Position numbers and translations under genes: made by a program
DNA from: Lama guanicoe
Lineage: Eukaryota
Length of the DNA stretch: 64,000 nucleotides
Reading direction: 5' to 3'
Assembly (NCBI GenBank): GCA_013239625.1
Contig: MU053365.1
Location: 62,001 to 126,000, forward strand
Shown here: in pieces, positions 27,220 through 40,039 of the stretch
How positions within the stretch are numbered: the first letter of the stretch is position 1
Layout: every line of letters begins with the position of its first letter
Notes under the pieces: generated by a model
The model's input: the letters and a program-made list of their open reading frames with translations, nothing else
Databases searched by the model: none
Told to the model about the DNA's origin: nothing

Positions 27220-29269
27220 CTCTAACTGACGCTCACCTAATTATGAGATTTCTCACACTGACTGGAGACAACGGGTACTGTTCCTGACTGGGTGTGATCT
27301 CTGGGCACTGTTCCTGATCATCTTTTTTGATGGTTATTTTCCTGGTCTTGGGTAGTTTCCTCACTTGCACGCATTGATCAGTGCTATGTCCTCGGACTCC
27401 CATCTCTGTGTGCTCAATTCAGGGAGACTGCCTGGGCTCCCTCTCCCCTGCTGTACCCTGGAATCTTTCTCGAGCTAGCAATATGGATCAACATTAGGAC
27501 TCACCTCATTTGTTTTTCATATTTCAAGGATAACTCTTTTTCATTGCCTGATGTCCGATGCCTTGAGTGACACGGTTTGCATATTTTGTGTAATTGTTTT
27601 CAGTTGTTTCAAGTGGGAGGGTAAATCCCTTCCATACTTTGTCCTGACTGGAAGTAAAAGTAACATTTAATAGCTTCTTTAAACTTCTAAATACTTGGGG
27701 CTTTTCCAGATATTTTTGTTATTTATTTCTAACTTAATTCCACTGTAGCTGTAGAAGTGTGTCTGTATGATTTCAATTACTTTAAATATATTGAGACATG
27801 TTTTATGGTTCAACATATGGTATATCTTGGTGAAATGTCCAATGTGAACTTGAAAAGAATGTGCTTTCTGCTGTCGGTGGACGGGATGGTTTATAAACGT
27901 CATTTAGGTAAGACTGGCTAACAGTGTTGCTCCGTTCTTCCATATCCTTGCTGATGTGGGGGTTATACTTGTACCAATTACTGAAGGCAGAATATTGAAG
28001 TGTCCCAATGTAATTGTGGATTTGCCTATTTTTCATTTTGTTCCTGTCAATTTGTTGCTTCATGTATTTTGAAGCTCTGTCACTGATTTCATACATATTT
28101 AGAATTTTTATGTCTTCTTGATGAATTGATGCCTTTGTAATTATAAAATGTAAATGCCCCTCACTAGCCTACAGAACATTCCTGTTTCTGAAGTCTTCTT
28201 TGTCTGTTGTTAATATAGCTAATCCAATTTTCTTATGATTGGTACTTGCATGGTACATATTTTCCCATCCATTTAACCTATTTGTGTCTTCACATTTAAA
28301 GTGCAATTTTTGTATACAGCATTTACTTATTCTTGCAGTGTAATAACATCTGATAATAATTGAAATGTTTCCACTATTTACATTTAATGTGATTATCGAT
28401 TTGTTTGGGTTTAAATCTAACATATTGCTCTTTGTTTTCTGTTTTTCTCCCCCATAAACTTTTTGTTAATTTTTTTCTTCCTTTCCTGAATTTGTTGGTA
28501 TTATTTGAGTATTTTGTTGGTATTCCATTTAGTGCCCTCTCTTGGCTTATTAGCTCTGCCTCTTTTATCTTTTTAGTAGTTACCCTATTATTTGCAGTAT
28601 GCATCTTTATCCTATCATGGTTTAGCTTTAAATGATATTACATTCCTTATTAAACTGTGAGAACCTTTCAACAATATTCTTTCATTTTCCTCTCCTATCC
28701 TTCATGATATTATTTTGATAGATTTTTCCTTCTACATATGTTATCAACATCAAAATATATAGGTATTATTTCTTTAAGCAGTCACTTAGCTTTTGATGAC
28801 ATTAAAAATAATGTGAAGTTGTTTAAATATTTACCCACATATTTAACCTTTCCAGTTCTCTTTATTTCTGTGTATAAGATCCATGTTTTCATCTGCTATC
28901 ATTATCTTCCTGCTTGATTCCTTTACCATTTCTTGTAGAGCAGGTCTGAAAACCATGAATCATGTCAGATTTTGTTTGTCTGGAAAATTCTTTATTTTGC
29001 TTTTGTTTCTGAAAGATATTTCCTCTGGGTATAAAATTCTGAATAGTTTCTTTCTTGAGCACTTTAAAGATGTTGTTCTATTGTCTTCTGGCTTACATAG
29101 TTTCAGATTAGAAGTTTGTTGTAATTCTTAGGTTGTTCTTCTGTATGTAATATGTCTCTTCTCTCTGTCCACTATTGTGATTTTTCTTCTTTATCATTTT
29201 TTTAGGAGTTTGATTATGATTCATATTAGTGTGGTTTTTAAAAATGTTTATTCTGTTTGTAATATTATC

Positions 29270-29402
29270 TTTCTCCCTCTATTGGAATGAAAGACCCATG
29301 AGAATGAGGATGTTTTCCGTTTTGTTTATCTCCGTAGCATGTAGAACTGTGCCTGGCACATGGTAGGTATTTGTAAATATGTGTTAGATTAGTGAATGAA
29401 TT
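29270..29402 (+). mobile_element. L2 3' end
   Basis: 'gtgcctggcacatggtagg...gtgaatgaat'. Confidence 0.75.
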
Positions 29403-30300
29403 TCAGTGGTGATACATGCTTGGGTAAAGCTGCTGAGTGGTCCCAGGCCCTCTGGAGCTCCCTGGTTCCTGGCTGTTCTAAGCTCAGCTCTTTAGTTTTC
29501 CTATGATCTTATGAGCTTCTCTATAGTCTTCTAATACATTTACCCTTTTGCCCAAGTTACACAGAATCCTTTTTTGTTGCTGTTGCTTACAATCAAACCC
29601 CCCAGCTGAAAACCCACCTGTAAGAACACCTCTCTCAAGTATGGAGCATTATGTTGTCAATATCAGTGGAAAACCAAGGACACATGATCTGAGATGTGAT
29701 CCCTGTGAGTTGTTGAAGTTGAAATTGCTCTGATTACTGACTCAATTCTGTCACTATTTGCTGAAATGTTGGTATTTCTAGGACATTTGAAGAGCTTATG
29801 GGGATAATATCCAGCTAGGTATTTAATGTCAGGACAGTCCTGGAAAAAGGGAGGCAGATGCTTGCTTTATCTGCATCACTCATTTGGCAAAGACACTATC
29901 TCCTGACATACTTTTTCATGTACCTGGCTGCTGTCTGTCTGTAGGGTTATTGCACACTTAATAAAGGTAGTTGTTATCTTGTCTTGAAACCAGAGACCCA
30001 TGACTTGAGTTTTGGATGTGTAGTAGACCACAAAATTTAACATCAGAAGACCTCAGTGTAAATCTGTTCCTCTAGCTTATTGGCTGAATCTATGTCAAGT
30101 CCATTCTTCAAGTAGTGATATGAAGGACAATACTTAGAACATTTACACAAGTCTCATACCCTCTCTGTATCTGCCTTACACTTTTCAGGACACCATTTCT
30201 GAAGAAGTCATAAAGTCCTTCATTCTTGGATCAATGTTATTTAATAAGCACCACCCATTTATTTTCTGTGCTTTCTTAAACAGCTGTAACGGGCCAAGTA

Positions 30301-30745
30301 CAAGATACCTTATTTTATTGAGCTTTGCTTTACTGAGTTTCACAGATATTGACTTTTTTTCTTACAAATTGAAGATTTGTGGCAACCCTGCATTGAGAAA
30401 GTCTATAAGCATTATTTTCGAACTGCATTTGCTCACTTCACATCTCTGTGTCACATTTGGATAATTCTAGCAATATTTCAAACCCTCCACCAGCAAAAAG
30501 ATTACTACTTACTGACGGCTGAGGTGATGGTTAGCAATTTTTAGAAATAAAATATTTTAATTAAGGTATGTACATTTTTTCTTAGATATAATGCTATTGC
30601 ACACTTAATAGGCTACAATATAGTGTAGACATAACTTTTATATGCACTAGGAAACCAAAAAGTTCACGTGACTCACTTTATTGTTATATTCACTTTATTG
30701 CAATGGTCTGGAACTGAACCCACAATCTCTCTGAGGTATAGCCTG
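30301..30745 (+). mobile_element. Internally deleted Tigger1 derivative (Tigger1a-like MITE)
   Basis: Tigger1 left end joined to right end near 30480. Inverted termini caagatacct / gaggtatagcctg, with TA on both sides. Confidence 0.88.
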
Positions 30746-32034
30746 TACAGGGTCTAAGATAATTTGTAACTAGGTGAGCAGGCTGCTTCATCAAAGCCTC
30801 CTTAGTGAGAAAGTAGTTGCTAAAAATCTACAAGAAATGAATTCCTTCTTTCCATCTGGGAAAGAAATACCTATGCCCCAGTGAGTCTGTAAATCCCTCT
30901 TCATTTTTATTATTCAGCTTAATCTGAAGCCATTTGCTAGCTCTCCTTCCTTCAGATTATTGCCATCAGGGCTGTTAGCATTTCCTCCAAAAGATTAGTA
31001 ATCAATTAATGTGCAGAAAGAATTTATAAATATGGAAGAACTGTGTTTCCCTGGGTTAAATGGGTGACATTATGTCCCTGTACCTCATCCTTTAGTGCTT
31101 CCAGAAGCATCATAATTTCCTGAAATAAAGCAAGAGAGTGCAAACTCAGTGAGCAAATAAGATCTTTCTTCGGCGGTTTTCTAGGACTGGTGTAGGAGGA
31201 AAACCCAGATTTCCTGGTAGATGAGTTTGTGAGAGACGCTTCTGGAATGCCTTGAATGGAAGGCTTGAGGCCAAGTGTGTAATCGAGCAAGGCTCCCTCC
31301 AACACTACTGTATTAGTAAGAGCACATAATCCCTTCTGAGTGAGTTTACAACTGCAAGGCTATTAGGCGGCCGTAGCTCCTCTAAGAACTAATTGTAATG
31401 GAACATGTCGGCCCGCATCTTAGCCACATTGAGGACAGTTATGCCAGGAACATTGCTCTCTACTCAACATCATATCGAACTATCTTCTTGGATAATGATG
31501 CTCATGTTAGCAAACAGCCTATTTGGAAGTTATTCTCGTGTGACTTGTTAGCTGCTGTTCTTTCAGCCAAATTGCTTTCTCATGTGTGCACAGAGCACTT
31601 TAAAGGAGGAAGAGCCCAAGGCACTTGGGAGATTCAACTTGATTATCTTGCTGCCAGTCACTCCAAACCAAAACATTAGCTTGTGCCATCTCCAACTTGA
31701 GGTTGCTCAGATTCTCTTTGGCGGAACACAGAGGATGTTCCATTTCACGCATTTAATGGGTCACTTGATATGATGCAAAGCCTGGGAGCAGGGTAAATCC
31801 AGACTGTGTCATAGACCCATAATTTTCTCAAGCCCTTCTTTTTCACCCAGAAACCCAATTTCTGCAGAGCTTGCCATCTGGAGTGGAGATCTTTGGAAGA
31901 GGCGAGGTGGTGGAGGCAGTGGATCCTGTGCACTGTCATCTGAGTGTTATGCGATGGGAGGAATCACTGGAGGAGCCCTGAGGAGATTTGGGCTGGTGCT
32001 CAGCAATGGGAGAGAAGAAACCTGCTCTGTGAAG

Positions 32035-32580
32035 GTATCAGGAAATTTGGAGTCAAGTTTCTTTTTGTTATAAATGACAGAAACCTTCCTTCCTAGTTGA
32101 AGCATATAAGATAATTTATTGGAAGGATACTAGGGGTAGCTCCCAGAATCAGTGGAAGAGCTGCAGGAACCAAGGCAGCTCAGGAGACTTCAAAATTGAA
32201 ATTGGGGACTTGATAGCACCAGTGAATGTGTGCTTACATGCTAGTGAGGGCTGGCGCCCTCCCCCCACCCCACACACATGCTTATCTCTCCTCATTTCTT
32301 CCTGGCTCCAAACTCTCCTGTTGCAGATGAGGTTTCTTTATCTGGTGGAGAACATGGCTTCTGGCATCCCTGGATTTACAAAATCCCAGCTCCGAGACCC
32401 CGGAGGAAAGAGAAAGCATCTTTGTTCTCTTGTCAGTATTTGAATATCCCTAAGGAAGGATTCTGAATTTGAACATAATCCCAGGACCTTCCTTGGCCAC
32501 AACTTGGCATAATGTGATATGCAGCTGATGGAAATGTGACCATGATCAGAGCTGCATGGATACAAGCAGACCATCTAACT
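32035..32580 (-). mobile_element. Old MaLR LTR (MLT1K/L-like)
   Basis: 'ttgttataaatgacagaaacc...aatttattggaagga' resembles old MLT1 ends. Confidence 0.5.
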
Positions 32581-34474
32581 CAAAAGATGTGATGGATTCA
32601 AAGCATTCTCTATTTTTCTTTTTAAGAGGATGGTGATCGAGTTTATGAGCCCTCTGAAGACCTGGAGAGCATGAATTATGAAGTCATTTTTAAGAAGCTG
32701 GAGATGATTCGTGCAGAGGATAGGAGGCTTGGGTAGGGTTAAGTTGGTGTAGGACATAAAAACTGTCTTCATATGATGAAAGAGAGGAACTAGATTTACT
32801 GGCTGCTCTGGAAGGTGGAAGTAAGAGCAATGCAGGGGCAGAGTGTAGAGAGTATCATGTACTGGGAAGTTCATTGGTTTTAGAATCATACCTAGACTTC
32901 AGTCTTGGTTTTCCCTCTGTCTGAATCTCCTCCTTATCAGGGGTGATTCGGCCGTGGTGTGGATTGGCTGTGCCATGACTTGGATGAGATTGCTGGGATT
33001 CGGGGTGGGAGTCAGTGAAGCCAAAGGTGTGGGCCAGGGTGGGAAGAAAGTCTAAGTGCTTTACAGAGAGGTGGAGACAAAATCCAACCCCAGTTTGAAG
33101 GTCCAGAGGCAGGCAAGCATCACAGGGGTATTAGAGCAGGAGCAGGTCAGGAGTAAGCAGGGCCAGGTGGGTCTTGAGGAGTTGGTGAAGACATAAGTAG
33201 GTACTTGCTGATTGCGTCTAGCTGCCTGGGGAGCCCGATGGGCACCAGTTTAGAGGGCTAGGGCAAGCCATCATCTAGCCATGTGACCTTGGCTGGCTCT
33301 CCTCTGGGTCTCAGGCACCTTAGCAGGGAAGTAAGGCCCTAAAGTGATGACCACCAGGGTCCTCTTTAGCTCTGGTTTTATGAACTGCAGGAACAAAGTC
33401 TTCAGTATTTTATTAGAACACAAAGCTTTCTACCAATTAGAACAGCCTACTCATGGAGTGGGCAACCTTGGCAAGTAGAGAAAGTTCCAGATCTGTTGGC
33501 AGGATGAAGAGGCCTAGATTCTGTATTTTAACATCTTTTAAGTACTATCTCTTCTAGAAAGAGTCAGAGTGTGTCTCGAAGGTACAGCCTTCCAGCGGCA
33601 TCAGCCCCTTCACGCTTGGCCGGTTCCCCCGAGTCAGGGAGTGATTGCACGAGTCGGATGTTCTGTATTTCACCACAGTAGGAAGTAATATAAACACTCT
33701 TCCGATTTTTGCTGGTGAGAGTTTTTTTTTGTTGTTGTTGTTTTTGTCTTCTCTTTGGAAAATCTCCACGGCCACGCCATTTGGCTATTTGAAGCTTTTG
33801 CATGCATCACAAACACCATCTGTTCTAACCCGAGACACACATACTGCATGTAATTAGTAATCTAAGCCAGGGTTGTAGCTGTATGTGGCAAGGGACACTG
33901 ACAGAACCACAGCTTCCCCTGTAGGATGGACATGGTGAATGGGGCATGTGTGGTTTGTCTGAGCTTTTGCACTCATCCATGTAAGATCTCTTTTGGCTGC
34001 TGTGGAGATACTGCCTATTGGATTACAAAACTCGCCCTGAGGAAAACGAGTAGCTGCCGCTTAGTGCTGTGGGAGGCACATTCAGGAGGAAGTCCCACCT
34101 GGGGGCTATTTCAAGAGGCCCAAGGAGAACTCCTTGGTCAAGAAGTCTAAGTCTAGGCGCAGAAGGTGTGACTCTTCCCATCTCTGTCTCCACCGTCAGC
34201 ATTCCCAGAGGGGCCACCGGGCTGACATACCCGTCATCTCCCCTGCTTGCCGTAATGAGCTCTTGGCTTCTCTACTGCAATCTTATCTTTCGTGCGCATG
34301 ATCGCTGAAACATCCTAAGAAGTAGGGAAGATCCTGCTGTCTCCTACTAATCAGGAGACAACTGAAGCTCAGGGATGAGGTGCTCCTCCCTCACACACAG
34401 CAGGGGCACAACAGGGACTGGAGCCCAGATTTTAGGCTCTTTCCCCCTGCCCTGCACATCTTTCCTTTATTCTT

Positions 34475-34964
34475 TTTTTCCTTATTTTTATTAATTGAAG
34501 CATAGTCAGTTACAAGGTGTCAGTTTCTGGTGTGCAGCATCATGTCTCAGTCATACACGCACACACATATATTCCTCTTCATGTTCTTTTCATTATAGGT
34601 TACTACAAGGTATTGAATGAAGTTCCTTGTGTTAGACAGATTTATGGTCAGTTAATCTTCAACGAAGGAGGCAAGACTATACAGTGGAGAAAAGACAAGT
34701 CTGTTTGGCAAGTGGTGTTGGGAAAGCTAGACAGTCTCATGTAAATCAATGAAGTTAGAACACTCCCTCACACCATACACAAAAATAAACTCAAAATGGC
34801 TTAAAGACTTAAACATTAAGACAATATATGATAAACCTCTTAGAAGAAAACATAGACAAAACATTCTCTGACATAAATCTCAGCACTGTTCTCCTAGGGC
34901 AGTATACCCAGGCAATAGAATTAAAAGCAAAAGTACACAAACGGGACCTAATTAAACTTAAAAG
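34475..34964 (-). mobile_element. 5'-inverted (twin-primed) young L1 insertion
   Basis: Antisense tail and 3' UTR 34475-34630, sense ORF2 piece 34635-34964. TSD CTTTCCTTTAT(T/C)CTT at 34460-34474 and 34965-34979. Confidence 0.88.
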
Positions 34965-36164
34965 CTTTCCTTTATCCTTGTCCTGCTGCGCCAGCCCTTT
35001 CAGTTTGGGGCTTATGGGATGCATCGCAAGGAAAGTGTTTTTGAGGGCTAAAGCAGACAAGGTCCACACAGCTGCCAAGAATGAGTGTGAAGGATAGGGG
35101 TGGTAGACTCAACCTTCGTGCTGGTGGCTGGCCATTGGTGGGCTCTAACTCCCGGCTGCCTCCCCAGCAGTACTGGCTGTTGCTTCTCGTTCTTGCTGAG
35201 ATGGCTGTATGGAGAGACAGCCGCGGGAACTCCTGACAGCAGAGATTGTGTGCTCCTTTGTTCCTATACCGTGGGCCCAGCTGCCAGTGCGGCCAAGAGG
35301 GCCCTGAGCCCCAAACAGGCCATGAGGGGCAGGAGTGCCTACTCCCTGCCACGCCCTTTGCTAGCTGGGGACTAAGGATACAACTAAGCAAGACCGAGAC
35401 ACGCTCGGTCCCATCCCTCGTGGGGTGGACAGTCTAATTGGGGAGACGCACTAATAAATAAGTGAACAAAGCAAGACTTGAGTACAAGCTGTGATAAGTT
35501 CCTGAATGTGAAGGAGGTAGCCATTCAAAACACTGGGGAAAAGCACTCCAGAGAAGGGAATAGCGTGGGTGGGACCCCACTACCCCCACTACTGTGCCCA
35601 GAAACCTTCCTGCTGAAGAGAGATGTGCCAAGGGGGCGTAACAATCTACCGTCGACTTCTGGGGAGAGGCTAGCCCCCAAGGCACAGGATTCGAATGCTT
35701 AGTAGCCCGTGGGCACGGGTGATGTGGGCTTTGAGATTTGCAAATGTCGGTCGTGCCTCATTGTGTGCTGCTTCATATACACGTTGTCCTGTGGTTTGTG
35801 AGGTCCCAGCTCAAATGAGGCCAAACGCATTGATATGGGCAGCTGTTTCCCATTAGTAATCTGAACAGGCTTGCACTTGGTGCTCCCCGAGGACCCTCCT
35901 TGCCCTAAGACCTTTAAAGACTTCAAGGGTCCCTTAGTCTTGCTCTGTCCTACAGCCATTGATGATATCTTCACCCTGATTCCCGGAGGGCAAAAATCAT
36001 CCGGCCAATAAATTTGGCAATACATGCCAATAATCACAGGGATTTCACTTTGGGAAAATGTAAGGGAAAGAATTCTAACTGTTCATGTGCAGAGTGGTCC
36101 AAAAGGGAAATTTGGAAGCTAGCCAATGTCTAACAAGAAAATTTTGGATAAATTTTAGAAGGTA

Positions 36165-36405
36165 GTAATAATAATATAAGCTCACATGTACTATGGAGTT
36201 ACTGCCAGGACAGGACTGAGTGGTTTATGGTGTTACCTCATTAGCCTTAAATCAACCACGGTGGTGGCTACTAGGCTACTGTCATCCCGAGTTTGTAGAG
36301 GAGGACACTGAAGTTCAGAGGTACAAGACCACAGACCAGTAAGTAGTAGAGGTGCAATTTGATCCCAGCCCCACCTGACCCCAAAGTTCATGCTCTCAAG
36401 ACTAC
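36165..36405. mobile_element. MIR SINE
   Basis: 'ataataataagctcacatgtac...gtagaggaggacactgaagttcagag'. Confidence 0.7.
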
Positions 36406-37430
36406 GTATGGTGCCTTTTTCGTCTATCACATCCACTTCGTGGACTAGTGTGTGGTTCTCAAAATTATGGTTGTAACATGTAGAGCTGCTTATGGTTGTG
36501 AAGAAAGCAGGATGTGAAATTGTTGATATGATCGATTACAACCCTGTAAAACAAGCAGCACTTGTTTATAACCAAAAAGGCAAAGGAACTATACCAATGG
36601 TATCGCTTGGTCATTAGGGGATGGAAACTCAATTGTCCTTTTACACTTCTCTGGATTTTCCAAATGTTCTGTAATAAGCATTGATTACTTACGATATAAA
36701 TGAATATGTGTGCTATTGAACATGTCATTGAACATGAGAACAGTAAGGGAAATCCCCTTCTTTTCCCAACAAAGAGGCCTCCATTCCCCTTCGGCCCACA
36801 GGCTGTAAATCTTGTTTGTTTATAGTAAGCGTTGGGCAAAGAAGAGAAGTGAATGAAGCGCTTCAGTTGTTTGCCTTCAAGTCCTCGCAGGAGGAAGTGA
36901 TCGCTTCTTCATGCATGCGTCTTGGAAGAAAAGAGTTTAGTGACAAAGACGATGGGTTTGCACAGTCAGATGGGAGAGATAGTGTTGTTCCCTTTGCTTG
37001 GCCTCCACTTCTTCCTTCCAATTAGCGTCTGAAGATTTGAGAGCTTAGGTTAAGATGTAGCATCATTTAGATTTGGCGGATTCAGTCACATGACTCTCAA
37101 CTTCATCTGTGCAATGATTTACAGAACAAAAATGAAAGTCAAGTAGACAGATTTTTTTTTGTTTCTTTTGATGGTTCCTGTTTACACACCCAATACTCAT
37201 TTCAGAGCTTTTACCACTCACTTTGTAGGTCACAATTGTCTCTCGTCTGCTGCAAATCCTAAATTAGCAGGCGTGTGGCTGACCAAGATTTGAGTGACCA
37301 CGTGTACTGTGAGTAAATATTTGCCTTTCATGTTGGATTACTTATTAAATGGTGTTTCAAAACCTCCGCTATATAATATCCCTATTTATAAGTTTTATAG
37401 TTTATTTTAAACATTTTCAATATTGGAACG

Positions 37431-37505
37431 TGGGTGTGAGTGTGTGTGAGTGTGAGTGTGTGTGTGTGTGAGTGTGTGTGTTAGTTAAGAGGACTCTGTG
37501 TGTGT
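37431..37505. repeat. Imperfect (GT)n/(GTGA)n repeat
   Basis: Direct reading. Confidence 0.85.
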
Positions 37506-38284
37506 CTAGGAAGTAACATCTTTCTATCGTCTCAGTGAGGTGTTTTTTCCCCTTGCAAATTGTTATTTTCAGACAGTTTGACAAAAGTTACTTTAAAGGT
37601 ATGAGTGGTCCTGGTCCTGGGAAAAGCAAGACAACTCCTTGTTTAGAGCAAAAAGAAGGCAAGTTTAAGGATATTGAGTCATCTAAGACCAGGCTGTCAA
37701 GACATGACTTGCTGGAGTGCCTGGAGTTTGGTATTTGAAAGCTTTTTGTTTGAAATACCATCTTACCAGCAGAAGGTGTCAATGTGAAATGCATATTCTC
37801 GATGATGGCAGAAACAGCTTTTTCCTAATTATGAGATGCTGCCTGGCTGTCCGCGGGGTGACACAGTAGACCTGTATCAGCCAGAACATTCGTGTCAGGG
37901 GAGGCAGGGAGTGTCTTTGGGTCACTTGGATAATGAGCACTTTGCTCTGGACTAATCGAGTGGGCTCATCGAGTGTCTCTAAGGCCAGGGCTGGATTGAG
38001 ATGCTTCTGCTCATTGCAGGGCTACCGTGTTGCATCCTTGCTGGGGCCTCTGCTTGAAGCATGTGGCCCCAACTTCACTGGGCACAGGCAAGGATGGGGG
38101 CTTTTCTTGTGTTCCCATGGCCCCGAGCTTGCTTTAGTCGTGTCACGACCAGCCTGGAAGGCCCCTAGGAGCGCACCTGCTGCAGCCCCTCGATGGAGAC
38201 ACCAAAGGCAGAAACGGGCTGGACTGGCCCAAGAAAGAAGATGCTGAGTCCGTGGCAGAGCTGAGACTCAGCCTCCCAAACTTG

Positions 38285-38680
38285 TTTCCGTTCTAGATGT
38301 CTGTGCTACGGCTAATGTGCGAAAGGTGTGGGCGTGCATTTCGGGGCTGGGCAGGCAGCTCCCGCGGCCTGGGGCGTGCCAGTGCTCGTGGTCAGCACTG
38401 CGTTGCCTTCTGGGGGCCTGCCGCGTCTGGACGAGTGAGGACACTGAGTGGGGGGGCTTCCAGTGCCTGCCTTTTGTCCCAGCGGCAGGGCTTTGGAAGC
38501 CTTGTGAAGGGCAAAGAACTTGCAGCCCTTCCTGCCCCCGCCACCCCCGCCACGGCCGCCCGTGTCCTGGCAGGCCTCCTGCCCGCGCTGGCCTCGCCTC
38601 GCTCGGCGCCTGCAGCACCTTCACGTCCTCTCCGGCAGCGCGGGGTGCGCGGCTCGCGGGCAGGTCCTGCGTTCCTCTCT
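38285..38680. promoter_or_regulatory. Small CpG island-like segment
   Basis: About 34 CpG in about 390 bp by hand count, GC-rich, tandem CCCCGCC boxes at about 38536-38551. Confidence 0.65.
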
Positions 38681-38946
38681 GCCTGCTTTATTCCTTTTTG
38701 AGAACAGAGGTGGGACCTCAAGAATGGCTTTAATCTCACAAAAATTGGCCCCTCCCTGTGTTCTCCTCCCTCAGCAGCAGATTTGACCCAAGTTCTTCTT
38801 TTTATTTTTTTACCATTTTTTTGGTCACACTGTCTAATAAATCCAGAATTCTCTGGTAATAGGTAAAGGTAATTGTAGTAATTCACACACTTAATCTGTG
38901 ATTTAAATTTCTCAATTCAGGCTCTGCCTTTATTCTCTGTAAGCAG

Positions 38947-38947
<1 letters not shown>

Positions 38948-39022
<75 letters not shown>

Positions 39023-39026
39023 TTTT
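38948..39026. repeat. (TTTC)n tetranucleotide microsatellite
   Basis: Perfect array of about 18 units. Confidence 0.97.
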
Positions 39027-39994
39027 GGTTCATTCAAGCCTGATCTTCTCATAGCCTTGACTTTTGTCAGCAGACATTTTGGATATGAAGGATTTCAAGT
39101 GGTTGTTTGGTTGAGAAGTGAACATGCAAAGCATTCGGTGATGCTGCCTGAGTCATGACTGACAGATTTTTCCCCTTCCTAATTTTAAAGCTGTGTTTTT
39201 AGATTGACAGTGTTAATATCCTTCTGTCTGCGGCCTTCTTGCCTTGTGTGAATTGGCTGGGAGTCTGTGTGATGTGTTGTCTGGGCTGGGGATTATGGGA
39301 CCCAGGTTTTCATCTCTAATGCTTTCCTTATGTTTACAGACCTCAACAGTTTCTGTGTACAGTGGCACGTAGCACCGGTGAACGGAGAGTGACTGGCGTG
39401 AGCTTCTGTCTCCCGGGTGACTGGAGGAGGCAACTGAGCTGCAGAACGATTTAAAAAGTAAAGGAGAAACTCAAATGACTGTCACCTGATTAAAAAAAAT
39501 CTTCCATTCAAGTGAAGCTTCTGTCATTAGCTGGTCTAGCGGTGAAGGCAGTGCAGCTCCCGGGGGAATGAGCCCGCAGAGTTCTGGAATGTCAGCCATG
39601 GAAGGAGCCACAGCTGAGTATTCAGGCAACAAACATTTCTAGGCATCTCGTACGTGGCCAGGTGCTGCTCTGGAGGCTGGGGATGCACTGAGGAATGACC
39701 ATCCTCCAGTCCAATCCCTTCTCTTGGCAGATGGGCAGCTCAATCTCCCCGAGGGAAGGAGGAGGCTTGCTTAAGGTCACACAGCAAGCACACAGGGGGC
39801 TAGGCTAGGAGGCAGGGCCCCTGGCATCCGGGCCACTGCCTTTTATGTCTTAACATTGCTTATTGTGCTGCAGTCATGGTTAGACAGATTCTCCCAAGTG
39901 ACCCCGTCCTCCCATCCTATAAAGTCCAGGTTCCATGCCAGACAGATAGATGGCTCTGGGTTTCAGTCCCCTGGAGGGCCTGCAATAGGTCTGC

Positions 39995-39996
<2 letters not shown>

Positions 39997-40035
<39 letters not shown>

Positions 40036-40039
40036 TGTA
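39997..40039. repeat. (GT)n microsatellite
   Basis: Direct reading. Confidence 0.95.

Larger units (their letters stand above)
18945..29270 (-). mobile_element. About 10 kb cluster of ancient antisense L1 segments (L1MC/MD/ME/M4-like) with nested insertions
   Basis: Continuous T-rich antisense L1 sequence with ORF2-like minus-strand ORFs (20966..21205, 27679..27903, 28169..28423) and ORF1-like regions near 26060-26500 and 28900-29270. Confidence 0.8.

Noticed and set aside
38268..38886. Overlapping 118-164 aa ORFs
   Set aside because: Explained by stop-codon scarcity in GC-rich DNA; the peptides are Arg/Ala/Pro-rich with no recognisable family.
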